The notes under the pieces are model-generated. The model was not told the DNA's origin. It did not search any database and worked only from the letters and a program-made list of their open reading frames with translations. Below are positions 36,480-44,302 of a stretch of 51,006 nucleotides of DNA, one piece after another (position 1 is the first letter of the stretch; the number at the start of each line of letters is the position of its first letter). Position numbers and translations under genes: made by a program. This stretch comes from a virus: positions 1 to 51,006 of the IMG/VR virus record IMGVR_UViG_3300002054_000002, one strand, 5' to 3'.

Positions 36480-36992
36480 ATGAAACACAGTGTAATTTTT
36501 ACAGTAGAAGAAACCGCTAATTTCAAGGTCAATTCAGATAAGTTGAAACTTGAAATAAAAACCAGCACAATATCCGAGTCAATTGACGTGGCGATTATAG
36601 GTGCGGATATTATGATAAACTCTCAAAACCCCATAGGTGGAGACGACCTTGAGCTTCTTATTCAAATTGTAACCGCACATGATGGCAACGATGCTGTCGC
36701 ATTTAGCGAGAACGCAATCGGAGAAAGGGAGTCGAATATTAGAGAGCTTAATCAATTAGCAATGTTCCATCCGCTACTTGATAATGTGGAAACGGTTAGA
36801 TACCTAACCCATATTGATAACCACATCAACGCATACATCCGAACAGGGATAACTGACGTGGTTGTTGAAAAGATATCAACAGACGCTCAAAATCCTGACG
36901 GCCAGTTCTTTGGGTTCTTGCACCAAGTTGTAAACGAAGCAGGCAACAAAACCTATGAGTATTTCATTGGTAAGATAATGGGCTTGGCTTAA
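36480..36992 (+). CDS. Hypothetical protein downstream of the fiber gene
   Basis: 170-aa ORF, function unknown. Confidence 0.45.
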   Translation: MKHSVIFTVEETANFKVNSDKLKLEIKTSTISESIDVAIIGADIMINSQNPIGGDDLELLIQIVTAHDGNDAVAFSENAIGERESNIRELNQLAMFHPLLDNVETVRYLTHIDNHINAYIRTGITDVVVEKISTDAQNPDGQFFGFLHQVVNEAGNKTYEYFIGKIMGLA

Positions 36993-37049
36993 TGGCTACA
37001 ATTTTAAGAACGTGATTAGCGTTAGGGCTTAAACCCAAAACGCCAAATC

Positions 37050-37472
37050 ATGAAAATTGCCCTAAGATTCTTATCAAACTTAATCCTACTCTGCATCGCA
37101 CTCGTTTTGGGTGTGGTGCTTTTACCCGTAGGCTTCATTTACGGTATTATCTCCTCCTTCTTCAAAGTAAAATGGTACGAGGGAGTTGACTACATTTCAA
37201 CTAACTTCTTAATGGTTGCCGTTGGTATTGACCAACTTGGCAACGTTACCTGTGCTGGACTTTTCAACTTATGCCTTTTGAGCAGGAACGATAACAGGTA
37301 CCCGTTCGGGAACCCCGACGAAACCATATCGGGCGTACTCGGCAAGAACGAAAAAGCAGAAAGTTTATCAACAATCGGGAAAGGTTTAAATTGGATCCTT
37401 AACTTTGTCGACAGGGGACACAGCATCAAATCTATAGAGGAGGATGAGAACTTCGCTGTAACGAAAAGGTAA
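37050..37472 (+). CDS. Membrane protein, first gene of the lysis region
   Basis: Contains LSNLILLCIALVLGVVLLPVGFIYGIISSFF and a second hydrophobic segment. Confidence 0.5.
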   Translation: MKIALRFLSNLILLCIALVLGVVLLPVGFIYGIISSFFKVKWYEGVDYISTNFLMVAVGIDQLGNVTCAGLFNLCLLSRNDNRYPFGNPDETISGVLGKNEKAESLSTIGKGLNWILNFVDRGHSIKSIEEDENFAVTKR

Positions 37473-37512
37473 ACTAATCCAAAAAAACCCCCTGTTTTCG
37501 GGACTATAGAGT

Positions 37513-37707
37513 ATGATTGATAATATGTACACTTCTTACGGAGGCTTCCTCTTCCTCGTGGGAACATTTCTTTTAGTTATTGGAGGGCCAGAGTGGTCGA
37601 AAGTATGCGCATACCTTTTTCAGGGAGCTGGCGTTATTATACTTGGGTTGGCTGCTAAAGATTACATCAACGACAAGGATGACAACCCCGACAAAGATGA
37701 AAAATGA
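37513..37707 (+). CDS. Small 2-TM protein (holin/antiholin-like)
   Basis: 64 aa with two TM segments and a charged C-terminal tail KDYINDKDDNPDKDEK. Confidence 0.45.
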   Translation: MIDNMYTSYGGFLFLVGTFLLVIGGPEWSKVCAYLFQGAGVIILGLAAKDYINDKDDNPDKDEK

Positions 37708-38290
37708 CCCAAACTTGACCGATTTAAACTTTTTGATGAAGTCGTTCGTTGACATAAACAGCGGATCGCTCGTGACCAAGTTTACTGCTACTTTTTGGCT
37801 GGCGTTGGTCGCATCACCAATACCAATGATAATACAGCAAATTACCGACTGGTACCTTTCAAACTACGGGTACACCCTCTTTGTGCTGACGGCGATAGTA
37901 TTCGACTACTTCCTCGGCACTTGGATACATGGCTGGATAAAAAGGGACTTCTCCATAAAGAAGAACGTTTTCGGTTTTATCCAAAAGACCTCGCTCATAG
38001 TGATTGTGAGCGTTATCGCCGAAGGCTTTACCACCATTCTAGGCGAAAACAACATCATAGCGGACTTGTTCGTTATAACTACCCGGTTGATGGTGTTTAT
38101 TTATCCTGCTGGCTCCGCTTTGAAAAGCGTCTACTTAATTACGGGAGGGAAGTTTCCCCCGGTGGGCTTCATAAACAAAATATCCAAGTTCAACAAAGAC
38201 CTCGATGTTAAGGACTTTCTTGGGCAGGATGCCAAGACTGGCGAACCAAAACAGGAAACCTTAAAAGATTTTGAAGATGGCGAAGCTTAA
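37697..38290 (+). CDS. Holin (phage_holin_4-like)
   Basis: Multi-TM protein containing AIVFDYFLGTWIHGWIKRDFSIKKNVFGFIQKTSLIVIV, which resembles the DyitG....S.kg..G..KK motif. It lies directly upstream of the endolysin. ATG 37697 is preferred over the track start at 37580. Confidence 0.55.
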   Translation: MKNDPNLTDLNFLMKSFVDINSGSLVTKFTATFWLALVASPIPMIIQQITDWYLSNYGYTLFVLTAIVFDYFLGTWIHGWIKRDFSIKKNVFGFIQKTSLIVIVSVIAEGFTTILGENNIIADLFVITTRLMVFIYPAGSALKSVYLITGGKFPPVGFINKISKFNKDLDVKDFLGQDAKTGEPKQETLKDFEDGEA

Positions 38291-38759
38291 ATACTTAGTT
38301 ATTCATTGCACGGATACCCCTGAAGGCAGGGAGGTATCGAAGAAGGACATTGAAAGATGGCACATCAAGGAGCGTGGTTGGAGCCGTGTCGGGTACTCCG
38401 ATATGATACACCTCGACGGCGAACTTGAGAACCTTATCAACTGGGATCAGGACGATGATGTTGAAAGCTGGGAAATCAGCAACGGCGCACGAGGTCACAA
38501 CTTCCACTCACGCCATTTGGTGTATGTTGGCGGATGCAACCGAAACAAGGAGCCGTGGATGAACCACTACCCACCGAAGGACACCCGGACACCATACCAA
38601 AAGGAAACCCTATCCATTTACGTAAAGTTTATGATAAAAAGATACCCCAACATCAAGGTCGTTGGGCATAACCAACTCGGCAATAAAGCCTGTCCTTCGT
38701 TCAATGTGCCGAAGTGGCTGCGTGAAATTGGCATCGACGAAAAACACATCGGAGTATGA
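38271..38759 (+). CDS. Endolysin, N-acetylmuramoyl-L-alanine amidase (Amidase_2/PGRP, T7-lysozyme-like)
   Basis: Contains YLVIHCTDTPEG..I.RWH..RGWSRVGYSDMI..DG, GARGHN, VYVGG, T.YQK and VVGHNQL..KACPSFNV. Confidence 0.85.
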   Translation: MKMAKLKYLVIHCTDTPEGREVSKKDIERWHIKERGWSRVGYSDMIHLDGELENLINWDQDDDVESWEISNGARGHNFHSRHLVYVGGCNRNKEPWMNHYPPKDTRTPYQKETLSIYVKFMIKRYPNIKVVGHNQLGNKACPSFNVPKWLREIGIDEKHIGV

Positions 38760-39112
38760 GACTTGACCTCAAAACAAAGGCGATGCTGTTCTTTATGGGA
38801 GCGATAGTTGCTCTCTCCGCATATCAGCATCAGACGTACAAAAGCAAGGTTTTGAGCCTTCAGGAGGCACACTCGAAGGCTCTGAGCGACTTTCGTATGC
38901 AGAGCTATGTTAGGATTGATACTTTGGTGCGTACCGTTGTTAGAGAGGTTGAAATGGCTAAATTTGAAAACTCAAGGCTTGGAGCCTTATCAGATTCAAT
39001 AACTAAATCCATAGACAACTATGAAACACGCCCTGACATTTCTCTTGATTTTAATGACGCTGCCGACATTATCTCAGGAAACGACTATCGACCCTCAAAG
39101 AAAGACGATTGA
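38756..39112 (+). CDS. i-spanin-like protein (N-terminal TM plus periplasmic helical region)
   Basis: Contains AMLFFMGAIVALSAY followed by a helical segment. It follows the endolysin gene (ATGA overlap), and its 3' end overlaps the next gene. Confidence 0.45.
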   Translation: MRLDLKTKAMLFFMGAIVALSAYQHQTYKSKVLSLQEAHSKALSDFRMQSYVRIDTLVRTVVREVEMAKFENSRLGALSDSITKSIDNYETRPDISLDFNDAADIISGNDYRPSKKDD

Positions 39113-39539
39113 ACTCGACTCCGCACAGGCGGTATCGGTTGCCAAAACCATCAAGAACGAAGAACGCCTAGAGCGTCGTGTTCGGTTTTTGAACAGGCAA
39201 ATCCGAAAACTGAACGACTCTGTACAATCCTACGTAAAGGCGAATGAAAACTACCTCGGAACCATTCAGGGGCTTCACAACCAAATAGAGTATCAAGCGA
39301 AGGCACTCAAGGAGGCGGAGAACCGTGGCAGGCAAGTTCATTATGTGAACACCACATCCGTATCGAAGGCACCACGGGGATACGCCTATTTTGGCGCAGG
39401 AACCGACCTACGGGGATTAACCACGCTGGACATAGGCTTGGCACTTTCCTTTGAAAAAACGCTGTACACGCTCTCCATTGACCCGATTATCGGGGAAAAG
39501 CCCGTTTTCAGGGTGGGGATTGGGCTAAAGATATTTTAA
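39021..39539 (+). CDS. Secreted coiled-coil protein with an OM beta-signal-like C-terminus (o-spanin analogue candidate)
   Basis: Signal peptide MKHALTFLLILMTLPTLSQE with no Cys. A coiled coil is followed by a C-terminus of alternating hydrophobic residues ending ..VFRVGIGLKIF. The gene starts 92 nt inside the previous gene. Confidence 0.4.
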   Translation: MKHALTFLLILMTLPTLSQETTIDPQRKTIELDSAQAVSVAKTIKNEERLERRVRFLNRQIRKLNDSVQSYVKANENYLGTIQGLHNQIEYQAKALKEAENRGRQVHYVNTTSVSKAPRGYAYFGAGTDLRGLTTLDIGLALSFEKTLYTLSIDPIIGEKPVFRVGIGLKIF

Positions 39540-39626
39540 AGATGTAAATTGCGCTAGATTATTTCTTACCCCCGGAGGCATCCCCTCCGCATCGGTAGCC
39601 ATGATATAATCGTTTGTATGAAAAGC

Positions 39627-39652
39627 AGAGCCTCCCTCGTGGGGGCTTTGTC
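39627..39652 (+). terminator. Terminator candidate at the end of the late region
   Basis: AGAGCCTCCctcgtGGGGGCTTT. A second hairpin CCGGAGGcatccCCTCCG lies at 39572-39589. Confidence 0.5.
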
Positions 39653-39697
39653 ACTTTATCGAGTATCCCATCCGCTCATCGTTGATACGTCCGAAAA

Positions 39698-39733
39698 CAT
39701 AAAATATTTTATTATATTTGGTGTTCATACAAA
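39698..39733 (+). promoter_or_regulatory. Promoter cassette copy C
   Basis: cataaaatattttatTATATTTGgtgTTCATACAAA, identical at 33 of 36 positions to copy D. The -7 box is at 39713-39720. Confidence 0.7.
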
Positions 39734-39750
39734 CATTAAATTTTTATATC

Positions 39751-39903
39751 ATGTTCGAAGTTAGATTCAAAATCAACAAAACAGACTACGAAGTCATCGG
39801 GAGTTACCCAACGCAGCCACTCGCCTACGGGATGAGGAAGAAGTTCGCAAGGGAACAGCCCGAAACGTACCCACTGAGCAAGTTGTACGTTCAAAAAGTT
39901 TAA
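39751..39903 (+). CDS. Small immediate-early protein (50 aa)
   Basis: Reads MFEVRFKINKTDYEVIGSYPTQPLAYGMRKKFAREQPETYPLSKLYVQKV. It starts at the first ATG after promoter C, whereas the track's TTG start lies inside the -7 box. Confidence 0.55.
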   Translation: MFEVRFKINKTDYEVIGSYPTQPLAYGMRKKFAREQPETYPLSKLYVQKV

Positions 39904-39910
39904 TTCAAAC

Positions 39911-39934
39911 CGCCCTCCTCATGTTGGGGAGGGC
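39911..39934 (+). terminator. Intercistronic hairpin (attenuator or terminator candidate)
   Basis: CGCCCTCCtcatgttggGGAGGGC followed by taatcctttaatattt. Confidence 0.4.
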
Positions 39935-39956
39935 TAATCCTTTAATATTTCATACA

Positions 39957-40190
39957 ATGAAGAACGTTATTGATGTAACGGCTGCGATCGACCATTACAA
40001 TCAGAACCGCAGAGATGACCAAAAGAAGCTAACCCGTGAGGACTTGGCTGTGCTTTTAAAGACGGATTACCAGTCGCTGGTAAACTACCAAAACGGGAGA
40101 GTCCCGAAAATTGTACCAACCATTATGCAGATATCGAGTTTTACAGGTCTGCCAATGGATGAACTTCTAAAAACAGTATCAGATGAGTAA
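39957..40190 (+). CDS. XRE/Cro-type helix-turn-helix transcriptional regulator
   Basis: KKLTREDLAVLLKTDYQSLVNYQNGRVPKI..MQISSFTGLPMDELL is a classic HTH_3 layout. ATG 39957 follows the catacaATG motif. Confidence 0.7.
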   Translation: MKNVIDVTAAIDHYNQNRRDDQKKLTREDLAVLLKTDYQSLVNYQNGRVPKIVPTIMQISSFTGLPMDELLKTVSDE

Positions 40191-41238
40191 AGCATTCGAA
40201 GAAATGATGAACGATGCGCCCGAAGGAGCGTATCAGTTAGCTCCGGGACTTACCTCGGAGGAGATGTTAGCCGTGTTCTTTGATGAGAAGGCATTGCTAG
40301 AGGCACCGCAAAAGGTGTACAGGCTACAGGGAACCAACAAAAGGCTGTACTACACCTTTGACGACAAGGGCGTTCCCACTTTTTTTACATCGGTTACTAC
40401 GATGATTAAGTTCACAATGCCAACCTCCCCACATTTAATCAAGTGGATTGCGGACATGGGATACGAGGAGAGCAAGGTGTATGCCGAGGAGCGTGCCGAT
40501 TACGGTACCTTCATGCACATTGAGCTAGGGCATTTAGCTATTACACGACGTTACGACACCACCTCGACCAAAGACCGCCTGAAGGATTATATTGAAAAGA
40601 ACAAGTTACCCTCGGAGTTCATAAACCACACCGACGAACTCAAGAAGGATGTAATGGCGTTCGCCCAGTTCATGATTGACTACAAGGTTCAGCCGTTGGC
40701 CGTGGAGCTTGTGCTTACACATCCCGACGGCTATGCTGGTGCAGTTGATATGCCGTGCAAGATGACAATTCAGGTCGATGGCCTGGACCACGACAATCCA
40801 TATAAGAGCGGGCCCCGAAAAGGAGAGCCACGGGAGGTAAAGGTTGACAAGGAGATTGTTGCGATAGTGGATTTCAAGTCCGGGCGCAAGGGCTTCTATG
40901 AGGAGAACGAGGTGCAATTGGAGGCGTACAAGCAGATGTGGGAGCATAACTTCCCCGAACATCCAGTCGATGCCATATTCAACTGGTCGCCGAAGAACTG
41001 GCGAACCAAGCCGTCGTACAACCTGAAGAACCAAACGGAATCGAAGAGCCGTGCAAAGCTGCCCATGTTGGTTGAGCTTGCACGCATCGAGAGCTCAACG
41101 AAGAGCAACACGATTACCATTGTTGACGGCACCATTGATATTGAGAAAGGAACCCTTGAGGATAACATTTTGGAAATGAGCCTCGACGAATTGGTTATGA
41201 GCAAGAAGAATGAAGCAGAAGGACGTAAAAAAGTTTGA
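40183..41238 (+). CDS. PD-(D/E)xK family nuclease (RecB/Cas4-like recombination exonuclease)
   Basis: Contains GTFMHIELG, GYAGAVDM, IVAIVDFKSG and EVQLEAYKQMW, giving the D..(D/E)xK..Q..Y arrangement. Confidence 0.6.
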   Translation: MSKAFEEMMNDAPEGAYQLAPGLTSEEMLAVFFDEKALLEAPQKVYRLQGTNKRLYYTFDDKGVPTFFTSVTTMIKFTMPTSPHLIKWIADMGYEESKVYAEERADYGTFMHIELGHLAITRRYDTTSTKDRLKDYIEKNKLPSEFINHTDELKKDVMAFAQFMIDYKVQPLAVELVLTHPDGYAGAVDMPCKMTIQVDGLDHDNPYKSGPRKGEPREVKVDKEIVAIVDFKSGRKGFYEENEVQLEAYKQMWEHNFPEHPVDAIFNWSPKNWRTKPSYNLKNQTESKSRAKLPMLVELARIESSTKSNTITIVDGTIDIEKGTLEDNILEMSLDELVMSKKNEAEGRKKV

Positions 41239-41836
41239 GAAGTGGTTGGTTATGAGGGGGTGTGAAATACTCCCTCCGACCAACAGTTACGAGATTTTAA
41301 GGTTCAAAGGCAGAGAGGTTGGGGTTCTATACTCTAGCGGAAAGACATCGGGAAAATACGCCGACGGTGCATTAAAAGCCTTTTATCGTAACTCACGCTG
41401 GGCAGGGAAGCCCATAAAAACAGGAAGGAAGAACTCCTACAAAGCCGAGAAGCGCAAACTGATTGCCCGTGATGGTACCGATTGCTTTTTCTGTGGCCTT
41501 GCTTTGGAGGATGATATCACACTAGAGCACCTCATACCTTTGGTGCGTGGTGGCAAGAACAGCTTGGAGAACATGGTGCTGGCTCATGAGGCTTGCAATC
41601 AGGAAGCTGAACTCCTGCCAATATATCAAAAGGTAGAAATGGCAATATCAAAGCGGATTCTTATAAGTCCATTTCAAGACCTCAAGGCTATTGCCCCACC
41701 AAAACTCAGACAGAAATACATGGACTTGAGAAGGGAGAGGGCAAAGATGCTCCGTGAAAAGGGATACAGCATAAGAGAGATAATGTGGATAATGGGGTAC
41801 AAGTCCCCGAAAAGCATACAAGATTTAATCAAGTAA
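41210..41836 (+). CDS. HNH endonuclease with a C-terminal HTH
   Basis: Contains CFFCGLALEDDITLEHLIPLVRGGKNSLENMVLAHEACN, plus a C-terminal KGYSIREIMWIMGYKSPKSIQDLI. Confidence 0.8.
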   Translation: MKQKDVKKFEKWLVMRGCEILPPTNSYEILRFKGREVGVLYSSGKTSGKYADGALKAFYRNSRWAGKPIKTGRKNSYKAEKRKLIARDGTDCFFCGLALEDDITLEHLIPLVRGGKNSLENMVLAHEACNQEAELLPIYQKVEMAISKRILISPFQDLKAIAPPKLRQKYMDLRRERAKMLREKGYSIREIMWIMGYKSPKSIQDLIK

Positions 41837-41837
41837 A

Positions 41838-42056
41838 ATGGATAATAAATTTTTAGACCTTGAAATTGAAATGAAGGGCACCGAGTTCTGTGCCCTCGTT
41901 GCTGCAACTATTTCAGGCTGGGTCGATGCTCAACAGGGGCATCAAATTAAGCCACACCAATACAATCAGATTTTAGCATTCACAGCGAAGCACGCACCGA
42001 AGCTATACAAGGAAATTATTAACTCTAGAAAGGACAAAAATGGGAGGACGTATTAA
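41838..42056 (+). CDS. Hypothetical protein
   Basis: 72-aa ORF. Confidence 0.45.
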   Translation: MDNKFLDLEIEMKGTEFCALVAATISGWVDAQQGHQIKPHQYNQILAFTAKHAPKLYKEIINSRKDKNGRTY

Positions 42057-42744
42057 AAGACCCGAAGAGGTTCGGGCATACCAGTTGCCGAGAGTGGGGC
42101 TGGTAAAAACAGGAAAGAAGTCGGATAAAGGATACCCGATGAGTTTGGACTACTTTATCGCCACGGGCAAGTACAAGGGTTTGTTTGATCAAGCGTATCC
42201 CGGTAAACCGCAAACTATTCAGATTGTGTTTTGGGAGGACGACCCTTCGACAATGTGCGAGGAGCGTTATGAATACCGAGACCTCGCAGGAAAGCTTTAC
42301 GCCCGTGGAGATGGAGAGAACTTCGAGGTATGGACTGGATCGGTTTACAGTAAATTTACCGAAACGGAACATCCCGGTATAATGGAGAGGGTTCACAAGA
42401 AGGTAGGCAACAAGAACGGGTGGGACGTCATATTGACGCTGCGGTTTATTCTACCCAAAATCAATAGTATTGCTGGGCATTGGCAGTACACCACAAAGGG
42501 AAAGGCAAGCACAATCCCTGCCGTTCGTGATATGTTCGATGCCATGCTTGAGAGCCGTGGTTCGGTTCGTGGGGTTATATTTGACTTAAATGTTCAGTTC
42601 GTAAAGTCTCAGAAGCCCGGAAGCAACAGCAGATATCCTGTTGTAAGCCTTGTGCCGAACCAAAGCAAAGAGAACATTGAAGGCATTGGTAAGTCAATGC
42701 TGAACGTAAAATCCGATAACCTTTTAAACGAGAGCAATGATTGA
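42040..42744 (+). CDS. Replication/recombination-module protein, possibly of the phiC31-gp3-like family
   Basis: VGLVKTGKKSDKGYPMSLDYF.. and ..GHWQYTTKGKASTIPAV..VRGVIFDLNVQF....RYPVVSLV resemble that family as I recall it. Not verified. Confidence 0.3.
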   Translation: MGGRIKRPEEVRAYQLPRVGLVKTGKKSDKGYPMSLDYFIATGKYKGLFDQAYPGKPQTIQIVFWEDDPSTMCEERYEYRDLAGKLYARGDGENFEVWTGSVYSKFTETEHPGIMERVHKKVGNKNGWDVILTLRFILPKINSIAGHWQYTTKGKASTIPAVRDMFDAMLESRGSVRGVIFDLNVQFVKSQKPGSNSRYPVVSLVPNQSKENIEGIGKSMLNVKSDNLLNESND

Positions 42745-43207
42745 AATTACAGAAAGCGACAAAACCCTCCTACGGCAGGCAGTCGCTCGATTCGGGGTTG
42801 AACCCCAAACTTGGATGATGATGGAGGAGATGGGAGAACTTGCCCAAGCATTGAGTAAATACAAGCGAAAGCCAACCAAGAGCAACTTCGAGAACATCTG
42901 CGAGGAGCTTGCCGATGTGCTTATAGTTGCGCTTCAGTTGGTTGATGCCACAAGCCCAAAAGAGGTGCAGCGCATATTCGATACAAAGATGGCTTGGCTC
43001 GCCCTGCGCATTAACGACATGGAAGGAGCGGACGATGTACTGGTTCGCTTCGACCCCGATTCGCTGAAGCCCGGAGTGTTCATTTATTTGAATGAGCCTT
43101 TGTCAGAGCCGCTTATTTATTCGCCATCAATGCTTGACGCAGAGGGTTACATTACCCTTGATGGTCGTGGGGCGGTTCATATTTCTAACTTCTTAATCCG
43201 AAAATAA
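42737..43207 (+). CDS. mazG: MazG-like nucleotide pyrophosphohydrolase
   Basis: Contains MMMEEMGELAQAL and ICEELADVLIVALQL (the EExGE..EExaD motif pair). Confidence 0.7.
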   Translation: MIEITESDKTLLRQAVARFGVEPQTWMMMEEMGELAQALSKYKRKPTKSNFENICEELADVLIVALQLVDATSPKEVQRIFDTKMAWLALRINDMEGADDVLVRFDPDSLKPGVFIYLNEPLSEPLIYSPSMLDAEGYITLDGRGAVHISNFLIRK

Positions 43208-43428
43208 TGGCAGTTAAGCGCAAAAACAGAAAGTACACAAAGGACGATGAGGTAAAAGTTATCAACCTTTTTTATAAAATGATGCCGAACAATGTAATCC
43301 CCCGAATAGCAAACGAAGCAGGCACTTCTAAACATTTTGCCAGCAAGGTTATTAACAGGATGCTAACAGACTCTGAGTATAAAAAAAGGATGCTAGAGTC
43401 GGCTGGGATTATTGAGGATAAGATTTAA
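43207..43428 (+). CDS. Hypothetical protein
   Basis: 73-aa ORF with a TAATG junction. Confidence 0.45.
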   Translation: MAVKRKNRKYTKDDEVKVINLFYKMMPNNVIPRIANEAGTSKHFASKVINRMLTDSEYKKRMLESAGIIEDKI

Positions 43429-43558
43429 TAAGTATGTTTGTCGCCCTCGTTGCTTTGCTTCACCTTTGTTGCAACGGTCAAAGAACCTGAAACCCACACA
43501 ATTGACGGAGAGTGAAGCCTCCCGATGTTGGCGTGGGTTTCTCAATTTCATACAATCA

Positions 43559-44302
43559 ATGAAGAACACTAATTACTACACCGTTCAGGGCTGGATGGTA
43601 AATGAACTCAAATTATCAGGAAATGAATTATTAATATACGCAGTGATATTCGGGTTCACTCAAGACGGAAGGAGGTTTAAGGGTGGCCTACAATACATAG
43701 CCGATACAATTGGGGTTTCTAAACGCTCCGTTTCTAGGTTGATGAAGCAGATGTGCGAGAAAGGCATCTTTGATTTTGAGCCGAAAGATGCAATACTTTA
43801 TGAAAAGAGGGAGTATTGGATAACAGATGCCTACTCTGGCACGAGGACAATAAGTCCTAGGGGGACGACAAATTGTCCCAAAAGGGATGACAAATTGTCC
43901 ATAGATAATACTATAGATAATACTAGAGATAAGACTACCCCACCTAGCGCACCAGCGTCCGACTCTTCTTCTCTTAAAAAACCTCTCCCTCCTGAAAAGA
44001 AGAACCCGGCAAACAAAAAAATCAACTTCCGAAATTCGTTTTATCATGATTTCAAGAATGTAATCGAGTACTTCAAGATTAATTCACAGAAGTACAAGCA
44101 ATACGCTGGGGTTGATTTCCGCCACTATTACGATTCGATTGATGAATGGAGCGACACGAAGGATATTAAGCGCACAGACGCAGGCTGGATATCCACATTT
44201 CGATCGTGGATGCGACGGGATTATGGCAACGGGGAGCTTGTCATGCGCAAAACAACGAAAAATAAAACTTGGGGATTTAATGAGATATTTCAAAATTCAT
44301 GA
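43559..44302 (+). CDS. HTH replication initiator / replisome organiser-like protein
   Basis: Contains LSGNELLIYAVIFGFTQDGRRFKGGLQYIADTIGVSKRSVSRLMKQMCEKGI (winged HTH). It lies directly upstream of the helicase and contains iteron-like repeats. ATG 43559 follows the ttcatacaatca motif. Confidence 0.6.
   Translation: MKNTNYYTVQGWMVNELKLSGNELLIYAVIFGFTQDGRRFKGGLQYIADTIGVSKRSVSRLMKQMCEKGIFDFEPKDAILYEKREYWITDAYSGTRTISPRGTTNCPKRDDKLSIDNTIDNTRDKTTPPSAPASDSSSLKKPLPPEKKNPANKKINFRNSFYHDFKNVIEYFKINSQKYKQYAGVDFRHYYDSIDEWSDTKDIKRTDAGWISTFRSWMRRDYGNGELVMRKTTKNKTWGFNEIFQNS
43867..43936 (+). repeat. Iteron-like direct repeats inside the initiator gene (candidate ori)
   Basis: GACAAATTGTCC occurs twice (43867-78 and 43889-900, 22-nt period). 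It is followed by ATAGATAATACT twice and a degenerate AGAGATAAGACT (43901-36). Confidence 0.55.

Noticed and set aside
37029-37053. Hairpin GCGTTAGGGcttaaaCCCaAAACGC before the lysis region
   Set aside because: The stem is imperfect and has no U-tract, so it is not convincing as a terminator.
39718-39750. Extended ORF-track starts at non-ATG or upstream codons (39718, 46607, 43412, 48256, 5084, 11139, 37580, 39921)
   Set aside because: These extensions read through promoter cassettes, terminator hairpins or the tRNA-like element. The first ATG after the regulatory element was used instead.
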